Shown here in pieces: positions 1 to 10,374 of a DNA stretch of 34,501 nt (position 1 is its first letter; each line of letters opens with the position of its first letter). Both the position numbers and the translations under genes were made by a program. This stretch comes from Octopus bimaculoides. Taxonomy: Eukaryota. Location: positions 48,686,557-48,721,057 of the forward strand of contig NC_068988.1 in the NCBI RefSeq assembly GCF_001194135.2, read 5' to 3'. The notes beneath the pieces are model-generated. The model did no database searches. It worked only from the letters and a program-made list of their open reading frames with translations, and was not told the DNA's origin.

Positions 1-50
1 ATATATATATATACATATATAAACACACACACACACACTTATATGTATGT
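1..50. repeat. (TA)n/(CA)n microsatellite
   Basis: Alternating TA then CA dinucleotides at the window start. Confidence 0.9.
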
Positions 51-345
51 ATCTAAACAGTCGTCTCTGTATATTTCTCTACGAACATGCAAATCCAGTG
101 ACTTTCACTGATTTTATTTTCGCACTGATTGGGAATTTCGTCAGAGCCCATGTGCCTTCATGTGTCTGCACATCTCTCAGTATCTGTCCACAGGGGAGTG
201 CTTTTATAAATACCGTAGTATCATTGAAATGGTGACTGACATTCTATGGCAAGCAATCGAGACATTAAACGTCATATCATTAAACCAAAGCAGCGCAAAT
301 GTGGCAATGTAATACAGTGGCACAAGTAACAAATGTGTATTTTAC

Positions 346-372
346 CTATGACTCTGCGGCCACTAATAGTTC
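346..372 (-). CDS. candidate 27-nt micro-exon (unverified)
   Basis: Minus strand reads ttctttctacctaatcag|GAACTATTAGTGGCCGCAGAGTCATAG|gtaaaa. The phase 1-1 frame gives (G)TISGRRVI. No homology recognised. Confidence 0.12.
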   Translation of the reverse strand, partial: ELLVAAES

Positions 373-574
373 CTGATTAGGTAGAAAGAATCGGTGCAGT
401 TCCATGACTTATTGTCATAGAAATGCGTAAAACAGATGTCATTACTTGTGTCAATGTGTATATATTTATGCGTAACTTCAGTTAAAACTTATATTGCATC
501 AATCCAGATAGATATTTATCATATAATTATGCTGAGTAATTCAGATTACTAAATATGTGTGTTGTGTGTTTGTA

Positions 575-730
575 CAGATATATGTATGCATATACACACA
601 CGCTCACACACACATATATATACATATAAAATTTAAGCATATTTACACCAACGTGTATAAATATATGATTATATGTACACAGATGCATACATACATACAT
701 ACATAAATACATACATACATACATACACTT
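575..730. repeat. mixed (CA)n/(TA)n/(TACA)n low-complexity tract
   Basis: Direct reading; accounts for the spurious ORF 527-796. Confidence 0.85.
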
Positions 731-859
731 GATTGTTGTGAAAGAGCACACCTTACACACGCCAGAAGAATGATGAAAATGAGTGCTTTTAATCAACTTT
801 AATTGTCTGTTGGCCCAAGGCAGAACATGTTAGTTAATTATTTTATGTTAAACAATCAG

Positions 860-928
860 GTGGTCTTCTACTGGATGCGTTGGTTGATAATTGTGCTCTA
901 TGGATTATCATTTCCAGCGCTGAAACCA
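860..928 (+). CDS. candidate 69-nt internal exon (unverified)
   Basis: aatcag|GTGGTC...GAAACCA|gtgagt. Two frames are open: VVFYWMRWLIIVLYGLSFPALKP and (G)GLLLDALVDNCALWIIISSAET. Strong donor, moderate acceptor. Confidence 0.2.
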
Positions 929-2230
929 GTGAGTGTCTATAGGGGGGAAAATTTAACTTACGTGTCATTATTATCACGGTCAAGATGAATATGAAATACA
1001 CTTAGAAGTGTCAAAAGTACAAAGTTTCAACGGATACTATTAGAGAAAGCTAGGGAAGTACCATTACATGTGTTGATGTTATATATTTTTGTATAACGTC
1101 TGTAACACGCTTATATTTTACACAAAACAAATTCATTGTATATATAAAAGAAGATATTTAAATTTCTATAAAAAGAAATCTGCTTTTCAATATTCATGAT
1201 TATAAAAAAAAATTAAATTGAATTAGCAATTTAATGTATAAAAATAATAGGTATTTGTATCACACTTGATAATAAAATTGAAGTAATTTTATTTTAAATT
1301 GTGTAAGAATCAAAAGCTAGTAAAGGTTAGGATGAAAAAAAAACTGAGGCTATAGGCAATAAGCATTTTAGATAAGTAATTTTTCCCCCCTGTTTTCCTT
1401 GAAAAAGTTACTAAAAATAGCAAGGAAACTGTAAAAGACAAGTGGCAAAATTTATCTATTTAATCGAAAAGAAGACACTAATATAATTTGCTTTGAATTA
1501 TATTGAGACATTGCTTTACAATCACCTACAACATATTTAAATATGTACAAAAACAAGAGTTTTATAACTTATGCAGTGTAAAATAAGATTAAATTGTATG
1601 GCTACTTGTTTAAATTTATTTCGATTAAAAGAAATAAGTAAATTAAGATATGTTCAATAAGGCAGTTAAAAAATATACTAACAGTATCGCTAAATAGAGA
1701 TGTCTGGTTAATGTTAATCATAATCTATGGATAGCACCGGTAAACGATAAAGAAGCTAATGTGATTAACATTCAGAAGTTTGTATGAATAGCTTAAAAAG
1801 GAAAATAGATACAAGTTATTGAAAACAGAATCTTGTATGCAATAGTTTCTAAGAGATAAGAAAAAATGAATTACTCGATGCTACGAAAAGCAACATTCAA
1901 TATATAAATTTGTGAAACAACAGTATTATTAAATTTAACAAGCACTGTGTATGATTGAGAATAAATAAAATTGCAATGAATTACTATTTGAATAGATGCA
2001 AACTAATTGAAAACAAAACAAAAAGAAGCTGTCCAGAAATGATTTTATGAACCACACCGCAAATGGGAACAATATAAGAAAGATGTAGTGAATCAAAAAC
2101 AGGTAAATAGTTTTAGTAAGCGAAGCACACAAAAAAATGGCAAGTAATGTTCCATAAAAGGATAAGTTTCAACTCAATGAATCTGGTTAAACGCAGACAA
2201 AATATACGTGCATGCATACTTACAAATATA

Positions 2231-2345
2231 TGTGTGCGTGAGCGCGTGCGCGTGAGCGCGCGTGCAAGCTTGCGTGTTCTTGCACGTGGGTGGGTGCGCG
2301 TGCGCGTGTGTCTTTGTGCGCGGGCGGGCCTGTGTATGTATGTGA
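2231..2345. repeat. CpG-rich alternating purine-pyrimidine (GC/GT) tract
   Basis: gtgtgcgtgagcgcgtgcgcgtgagcgcgcgtg... in otherwise AT-rich DNA. Confidence 0.8.
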
Positions 2346-3073
2346 ATGATATTATTTTAAAGGACTTTTAACAATGACTGCTGATCATTTGTGAATAATG
2401 TGTTAATACTGAGAAGAGAGTAAAATCGTTATGAAGATTAGGTTGATTGTGACAATATGTAACATCTATAATCTTCAATTCCACGCAACCGCTCATGCAT
2501 AAAATTACACGCATCTTGCTAAAGAAGCTATGAAAAAAACCCAAAAGTACTTAATATTATTGAGAATATACATGTAAGAAAAGTAGAAAGCGTTTAACTG
2601 TGTGTAGTGCAATTGCCACTATGATTACTTAAGATGAGCTGCTGTAATGAAATAAAAATTACGGCCTCTAAGCGACACTTGTAAAGATGAAAACAGTGAC
2701 TTCTAATGCACAGTGAGTAGCAAGACCGTTTGCAGTTTTCCTCAGACAAGCACGTGTAAGATACATGTGTAGGTATATATATATATTATGAGAAATGGTA
2801 AAAATCATTAATGATTTTACCAGGGTGTCAGCGCAGTAATAAAGTCCTTATAGGTAAATTTTACAAATATATTAATAATTATATACATAATTATAACAAG
2901 AGATTGGCTATAAGCGTCTCCACGTACAAAAAAAAATAGACGCCTAAAGATGCTATTACACCTTAAAAACTCTGAGAAATAAAATACAGGCTGTAGTTCC
3001 TCCATGAGTAAATGTTGTTATTCATCATATACAACCCTAGCATTAACATATTTGCACGAACATTTGAATTAGC

Positions 3074-3079
<6 letters not shown>

Positions 3080-3141
<62 letters not shown>
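3080..3141. repeat. perfect (GT)n microsatellite
   Basis: Uninterrupted GT run of about 31 units. Confidence 0.95.
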
Positions 3142-3144
<3 letters not shown>

Positions 3145-4070
3145 TGCGCACATATGTGTGTGTATGCATTGCTGTGTGTATATCAATATGAAATGCAGAA
3201 ACGGCATTAGCATATTGATATAATTTATAAACGTAATAAAATGAAGTATAGCTATCTTCAAATATGACTTGTTAATATAAATTTATGTTAAATAAATAAT
3301 GCGTATGCACATTGTAATTAGTTATTGAAAGCAGTTTAATGTTTTGAGACTGTCGTTATGAAATCACTGGCATAACTGCATTAAACAAGGTATTTATATT
3401 GAATATGAAGTAAAATACGTTGGAATAAAAGGTAAACTTTAATGAAAATTTTATGACATAGCGAAAACGATGAAATAAATATGAACATAGAGGATATAGA
3501 GGGGAGACTAACTAACTGGGGAAAACAGTTATCTGATACGAACTTTAGATTGAATATAACAAGAAATATTTAAACATGATGCAACCGAATATTTTGGAAT
3601 TATCTAATGGGTTACAGCTAAATAAATAAAATTCGAGGTGTCAACTATTTCTGGAGAAAATTAATAATTTAGATAGACATAAGAAAGAGGTGCTAAAGTA
3701 CAAAATGAAATATGGTTTTATAGTCAATTGTAAGTAGGGGGTTATGTAAGCCAATACTTATGAATTACACAGACTGAGAATTGTATTTATATTGAATATG
3801 TGTAAAGAACAAAGTTCTAATTTAATAAGCTAGTGTCAAGTTTATCTGCAATATTATAAAAAGTCGACGAGTTATATGAATTGAAAAATGTACTGGCTGT
3901 TATTGAAAATACACAACTGATTAATGTATTAACGAACTTGATACTGAAGTAGTTTACTATTTATTTGGTTGGAAATTCAAATATATAATATCATAGAATG
4001 TAGAGGTTGTGAACGCTATACAAATATAGCCACATGAATTCTGGGTGTGCTAAAAATAAAATATTGCATA

Positions 4071-4577
4071 TCAAATATAATAAAGTAGTTTAGAAATCTG
4101 AAGTTCTGTTGGCGGAAAGTCGTGACTAATTCGGTTAAAATCACCGAATGGATTTCCATATAATTCTAATGAGCAAATCTTACACATAATTTTATTGTTT
4201 GTGTAGATTTTAATGAAAGATAAAATTTTCCAATTAATACTAAAAGAAATGTTGATTAACGATAAAGGCCAGGTGTGCCTCTGTAGCAATGCATCAGCTT
4301 TTCTCATTGGGTTTATAAACCTGCGTTTGCTGATAAAGTCGTTGAGCAAGAGTTGACCAAAGCACAATTGTTCTTTTACCTTACATTTCCCTGCAAGTGG
4401 TCTTGAATCAATTACAATTTGTAGCCTGACAGCCTGATTTTTTAAAAGTTTGAAAACGTTATTAGGGTTAGTACACAATTCTGAAAAAATTTTTATAATT
4501 GCTTTTAATAGAAGTTTGAAGAAATGTTTAATCGTGTATGCTAAAGAATCCATCATATAATACTTTTTCATATCCAA
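4071..4577 (-). CDS. unassigned 168-aa ORF (coding status uncertain)
   Basis: Longest ORF in the track not built from microsatellite, gap or recognised repeat. Open stop-to-stop over 4071-4589. No recognisable motif. Confidence 0.2.
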   Translation of the reverse strand: MDMKKYYMMDSLAYTIKHFFKLLLKAIIKIFSELCTNPNNVFKLLKNQAVRLQIVIDSRPLAGKCKVKEQLCFGQLLLNDFISKRRFINPMRKADALLQRHTWPLSLINISFSINWKILSFIKIYTNNKIMCKICSLELYGNPFGDFNRISHDFPPTELQISKLLYYI

Positions 4578-5006
4578 GTTTTGTTGAAACTACATCCGAA
4601 TTCTATAATACTTTTTCAGTATTGCCCCTTTTATGCTCGGTGTTTCGATATAATATCTAGGTGTCTCACTAAAAACATTTATTTCAAAACAATATATTTA
4701 CATACTGTGTAAAGGAAACCTTTTAAACTGTATACTGATCGAGAAAACTACCTTTGTTTTATCACAGATGAAGATTCTTATGGGATATCAGTGGTTTAAT
4801 AGGTGAAATCTCATAGTAATAACAAAATATACTTTTTTCTACTGAACAAGAATTGTAAAGATTGTTTCTGTAAGGCATGTAAAGTGTATAAATCCTCAGC
4901 TTAATATTTCGACCCTGTACATATACGGGCAGACAATCTTCTATTTTGGTTAACATTATTTTGTGAGGAAACAGATTTTTCTGATGTGAAATATAAAATC
5001 AATGCA

Positions 5007-5105
5007 AGACGGCGAACTGTCAGAATCGTTAGCACGAGGGGCAAAATGATTACCAGCATTTTGTCCGTTTTAACGTTCCATGTTCAAATTCCGCTGAGGT
5101 CGACT
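5007..5105 (+). mobile_element. 3'-truncated tRNA-derived SINE (family A)
   Basis: ggcgaactgtcagaatcgttagcacg...gttcaaattccgctgaggtcgact matches the head (A-box and B-box like) of the copies at 9312 and 22262. Confidence 0.8.
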
Positions 5106-5713
5106 CATCTCTACTAAATGTCACCACTATGTTCTATTTGATTTTTGTTGTATGTTGCACGCTTTTTCTCTTATTCTCGCGTCGGAGTAACTAGTAAACA
5201 TCGAAAAGTCTACACCAAGAAGGAAGAAATATTATTTACATATATTCATTCGTTTGCTCAACATCTAGTTAGAGATACAGCAGTAATTGTAGTGGCAGTG
5301 ACAAGTTCACTCGCTGGCTGGTAGTTGATAGTGTAGAAGTGGTTGTCTGCAAATAGAAAGGGAAAGAGTAAGGAATGCATTGTGCTGACTAGGAGCAACA
5401 CTTTCCCTCCGCATTTCATTCGACATACGAATAGAACAGAGTGGTGACATTTAATAGAGATAACCCGGAAGTTGTTCCTCTTCGATTACTATTGCAAACA
5501 GCAGTAGCTTCCTTAAATTGAATACATATCGTTGGTTGGTTAAAATTACTCAAATACAACAACTTTAACAGGAAATAACTTTAACAATACGAAATTTTGT
5601 CAAAAATGTTGACAGGAAACCGTGTTGAGCGTCATAAATTACACCAGTATACGAACAGATCCTATATCATTGACTTTTTCTCGATTAAATGTAAAATACC
5701 TTGCTTGCATGAG

Positions 5714-5789
5714 AAAGGCTGCAATGATAGCTCACGTGATAGGCTCAATGATAGCTCAATGAAAGGCTCAATGATAGCTCAATGATAGC
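5714..5789. repeat. 11-13-nt minisatellite (GCTCAATGATA[G]), about 6 units
   Basis: gctgcaatgata gctcacgtgatag gctcaatgata gctcaatgaaag gctcaatgata gctcaatgata gc. Confidence 0.85.
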
Positions 5790-7330
5790 GGTAGTAATAT
5801 TTCCTATTGAACTGTAAGAAGTACCAAATATTTTTATCGCAAATAGCAGTAGACAATCCTGGAACAGAACTTGTTTGAAACCAGATAGCTAAGTGTTATT
5901 TGTAACTGTTGTCAGGAACGATAGGATTTAATAAAAACATATGTGATGTTCCATTTAATTTTGCTGGTTTGACATGACTTGTTGAAATATGACTTGTAAA
6001 ATGTGGATTATATCTGTTTAATCTGAAATATTCATTTTACTGTAATATTTATATAATTTATATGATATATTTTTATGTAGATGTTAGTGATAAAATTGCA
6101 AGGAACCTATGGTAGATTTGTTCATATCATGTAAATGTTTCTTTTCTTCGAATTCATTTATACGTATTTTTTTTTAATTCTAATTTTGTTGCTTAAGTCT
6201 TTCGGGAAAGTGTTGTTTTGCCTTCTAGATTTGGTATTTCTGATCCCAAGCAAGGATCTTCATCAAAAACGTATAGTGAATTTTGAGAGAGTAGATACTT
6301 TACCATCTCAAACATATTCTTGTTTTGTTTTATTTTATTTTGTTTATGTATTTTTATTATTATTATTATTTTCTTTGGTGGGGAAGCTTTTCACAGAAAT
6401 TTTTTCACTGAAATAAATATTCTGTCTAATCTTTTAGATGAAACTTTCAGTTTTCTTTTGTAAACATTTCAGGTAAACTTTATTTGAAGAGATCGGAATG
6501 TTTTTCATCTCAAATTGTATTTATTGTCTCTTTTTATTCTCAGTTGACGTTTTCAAACAACTCTATCTCAAGCAAGATCTTATTTCTTAATGTAGATGTT
6601 TTACGTATATATAAAACGACATTAACTGAAAAAAGGAGTGAATAACTAATACTAAGTTAAATATTTAACATTACCAAAATGACAGTGACTTCGGAGTTGC
6701 ACAAAAACTAGGTTTCCAAATGTGCAAGAACAACATATTGTTGAGTGAAGTAGAACTGTAGAGAAAAAAAAACACACACTGACAAATAAGGTAAACTAAC
6801 TACGTATAATGTTGAAGCCCTAGACATATGCGGCTATATTGAAATATATAGTAAGAGAATGAAAAGAAGATGAGAAGATATATAAGAATACGTCGGTCAA
6901 AAACAATGTAGTTGCGTGTGTCAATGTGGATCCTTGTAACTGCTAAAACTATAGGAAAAGAAAGCGTCTACGTGTCCAACTTTCTGCGCCTGAGTTAAAA
7001 TCACCAGTTTGTGTCATCATTTTGGATCAATGAAAATAAAATATTCCAGGACAGTGGACTTGCTGGGCATTTCGTATTTGGTCTTGGCCAAATCTTCGGT
7101 CTGAGTATATCTTTCTCTTGTCTTCCTAATAGTCTCTGAGTCTTGTAACGGGACAAGAGCACAGCATTTCCCCGTGAATAAAAGAAACTTAACTGAATTT
7201 TTTTAAAAAATGAATGCTTCTTTGTAACGGATATAATTAGTGAAATCTAGGAAAGTGGCATCAGCTATTTTCTTGTAATGGCTGTACGATATTATTCCTA
7301 TTTTACATGAGAAATATATTTAGCTCCCTA

Positions 7331-7340
7331 NNNNNNNNNN
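7331..7340. other. assembly gap (other gaps: 10165-10174, 22462-22672, 31958-32538, 32850-32859)
   Basis: Runs of N; most are flanked by microsatellites. Confidence 0.99.
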
Positions 7341-8214
7341 TATAAATATAAACTATTCACTGCTGCAAGTGATCTTTAATTAATGAAGTCGTCGATTCAA
7401 TTTTAAGCAGCTTAAAAATTATTTAATTTAAATATAATTAACAGTTGGACATATAACAGTAATAGAAATTTACATCATTATTAGCATGGAAAATATGTTA
7501 ATTTATTTCATGTTGTATGAAGAAGCGGAAGCGTATATAGCTATAACGAAAATAAGTTGCCGGTCTATACAATGAAAAAAATAATAATAAATGAAATAAT
7601 ATAATTCCATTTATGCATGCGTATTTTATAAATATCAATTTACTTTTTTGTAAAGTAAGAAAACTGTGGATGATTTCTACTATTTAATCGACTTGTAGAC
7701 GAGAATATTCGTTTTTGTAAGTTCTTATAAACTAGAAAGAAATACAAAATATATAAATATGCATAAACAGGAAAATTGAAACCGAGTAAGCTGTAAAACA
7801 ATATTCAATTTTACGATTAAAATATGTAAATAATATAAAATTAGTTTAATAACATTGTAAACATGATATAGTAACTGTTCAATTGATACGATACACAGTC
7901 AAGGGTAATGATATTGCCGATAAAATTTATCTTTCTTAATATCTCATTAAATCAATTAAATCCTAAATAAGTTTAAGGGTAGATGTATTATATATTTTAT
8001 TTTATCCTTTTTGATATCTCATATTTTTCATTTTCGTTTTATCTTATTTCGATATATTTTACTGTACATGCTTGCTTTTTATCCAACATATGTGTGGCTA
8101 TCAGCTACTGACTGAGTGGTAAGATATACATCATATCATGGACATTTCAATCTGAGGAAACGAACATAACTGCTTTTCCTCCCTTTGAAAGTGTGTACAA
8201 GTGAAACAAAGGGC

Positions 8215-8367
8215 AAAGAATAATCAACCTCAGTAAATAAATGGTATGTTACTGAACTTAACGCATAGTAAACAATGTGATCTCTCAGGAGATTTGAACT
8301 CAGAGAGCACAGAAATGGTGCGAATACCAAACAGTATTTTCTCCGATACTCTATCGAATCTGCCATG
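8215..8367 (-). mobile_element. degenerate SINE (family A)
   Basis: Reverse complement reads tggcagattcgatagag...ctgagttcaaatct...taccatttatttactgaggttgat, colinear with family A. Confidence 0.6.
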
Positions 8368-8737
8368 TCTCTTGTGTATTTGATATTCATAACACTTATG
8401 ATATTTCAAATAATTTTCAATGCACAATTGCTATAGGCATATATGTATGATAAAAAAATCCGTCACAGACATATTCATTATTCATAAACATGATCGTTTG
8501 ATATTAACTTCTTCGGAGAGGTTACCTAGCGAAAATTCATTTTAATGCAATGATCCTTTATTTCCTGTTATTGGTGACGCATACATGTGTGCGTGTGTTT
8601 GTGTTCGTGTGCAGACAAAAGGCGAGAGCTAGATATGCTCAGTATAGATAACACGTGCGTAAATAATTTGGACATAAACGCACCGCATTACCTGTGGTTG
8701 TAAGAGAAATCCAGGCGAGCTGATATGGAGATAGTGA

Positions 8738-8784
8738 TACATACATACATACATACAAGCATACATATGTACATACATTCATAC

Positions 8785-8835
<51 letters not shown>
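8738..8835. repeat. (TACA)n + (TA)n + (GT)n compound microsatellite
   Basis: Direct reading. Confidence 0.9.
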
Positions 8836-8838
<3 letters not shown>

Positions 8839-9245
8839 ATAATGTTTTTCAAAATGAGATACAAGACCAAAGCTGTGAAGATTTGGAACATTTATAAATA
8901 GATCTTACAGCTATTTCCAGGATATTTATTATATCCCTTTATCGGAGACGGAGTGAGAAAATAGTTAAGTAATAGTTAATTTAGATAAGATACGAAATAG
9001 AGAGTGAAGTGGAGGAATGAAAACAGATGTGAGATATGCAGGTATATTGCATTTGTAGATCCATCATTTAGTCACAATGGTATACATATAAGACTCCAAT
9101 ACCTTGTGAGTAAATTCCAATAGTATTAACAATTGGTTATTGTAAATTCCAGTAGTACTCAGAGTTGGTAATTCCAAGTATAGAGTTTGTACATAGTGCT
9201 ATTGAATCGAGGGTTTTATTTAAAGTGATCTAAAAGTAGGGAATG

Positions 9246-9307
9246 TATTATTATTATTACGATCATCATCATCATCATCATCATCATCATTATTATTATT
9301 ATTATTA
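9246..9307. repeat. (ATT)n/(ATC)n compound trinucleotide tract
   Basis: Direct reading; immediately precedes a SINE head. Confidence 0.95.
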
Positions 9308-9311
9308 CTTG

Positions 9312-9522
9312 AAGGCGGTAACCTGGCAGAATCGTTAGCGCACCGGACGGAATGCTTAGCGATATTGCACCCGTCGCTAACTTCTGAGTTCAAATTCGGC
9401 CGAGGAAACTTTGTCTTTTATCCTTTCTGGGTCAATAAAATAAATACCACTTGAACACTGGGGTCGATGTAATCAACTCATCCCCTCCCCCAAATTACTG
9501 TCCTTGTGTCAAAATTTGAAAC

Positions 9523-9556
<34 letters not shown>
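9312..9556 (+). mobile_element. full-length tRNA-derived SINE (family A) with (ATT)n tail
   Basis: A-box-like TGGCAGAATCGTT and B-box-like GAGTTCAAATTC. Body ...ctggggtcgatgtaatc..., 3' end aaatttgaaacc, then (ATT)11 at 9524-9556. Homologous copies occur elsewhere in the window. Confidence 0.9.
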
Positions 9557-9781
9557 GAGTGAGAGCAGTGCATGGCATCAAAGTGACACTGGGGTAAAAT
9601 ATACGAAGCCTAATATACCTATCATGACTACTCTTCTGATAAGGTTACATCAGGCACATGAATCACAACCATATGTGCGTGACATGATGATCTCATATCA
9701 AGATAAACAGTGCATGATCTTGCAGGTGGGGCTCAGTTAGAATTTTCTTCAGGTCGTGTAGCTCATCCTGCTCAAATGGTC
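9557..9781 (-). mobile_element. 5'-truncated non-LTR element 3' end with (AAT)n tail (Dong-like, inferred)
   Basis: Complex 225-bp segment embedded between two (ATT)n tracts. On the minus strand it ends ...gcactgctctcactc(AAT)n. Resembles an abundant octopus interspersed repeat (from memory). Confidence 0.6.
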
Positions 9782-9993
9782 TATTATTATTATTAATATT
9801 TTCAGTAGCATCTTTCAATTCTGTTTCCATTTCTTGCCGAGTGCCTTCTTGACATCTAGAGCGGAGAAACGTACTGTATTCATTGTTAAGCCATTAAAAT
9901 AGCGCACCTAATTGTTCATGTAAACAGTCATGTAATAGAGAAAAAAAAAGGGGAAGACAGAGAGAAAAAAGAAAAATAGAAAAGTAAACAAAT

Positions 9994-10357
9994 AGGAGTG
10001 ACTGTGTGGTAAGTAGCTTGCTTACCAACTACATGGTTCCGGGTTCAGTCCCACTGCGAGGCACCTTGGGCAAGTGTCTTCTACTATAGCCTCGGGCCGA
10101 CAAAAGCCTTGTGAGTGGATTTGGTAGACGGAAACTGAAAGAAACCCGTCGTATATATATATATNNNNNNNNNNCCCCAACATCGATTGACAACCGATGC
10201 TGGTGTGCTTACTTCCCCATAACTTAGCGGTTCGGCAAAAGAGAACGATAGAATAAGTACTAGGCTTCCAAAGAATAAGTCCTGGGGTCGATTTGCTCGA
10301 CTAAAGGCGGTGCTCCAGCATGGCTACAGTCAAATAACTGAAACAAATAAAATAAAG
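9994..10357 (+). mobile_element. tRNA-derived CORE-like SINE (family B) split by internal (TA)n and a gap
   Basis: Head gactgtgtggtaag...ggttccgggttcagtccc (A/B-box like), CORE-like ccttgggcaagtgtctt, internal (TA)n plus 10 N, then 3' half ...ctggggtcgatttgctcgactaaaggcggtgctccagcatgg and an A-rich tail. Confidence 0.85.
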
Positions 10358-10374
10358 GGGGAAAAAGGAAAGAA

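Noticed and set aside
5465-5472. CCGGAAGT ETS motif as a promoter (ACTTCCGG also near 31465)
   Set aside because: Isolated 8-mers with no CpG island or transcript evidence.
6218-6600. Several acceptor/donor-like sites suggesting short introns
   Set aside because: T-rich background; no consistent reading frame across them.
7030-7200. Minus-strand frame ...SETIRKTRERYTQTEDLAKTKYEMPSKS, faintly like a Tc1 N-terminus
   Set aside because: About 60 codons, no start or acceptor, no terminal repeats; within chance.
9312-9400. tRNA-like A/B boxes as possible tRNA genes (also 9994-10055)
   Set aside because: No cloverleaf or anticodon arm; they continue into SINE bodies.
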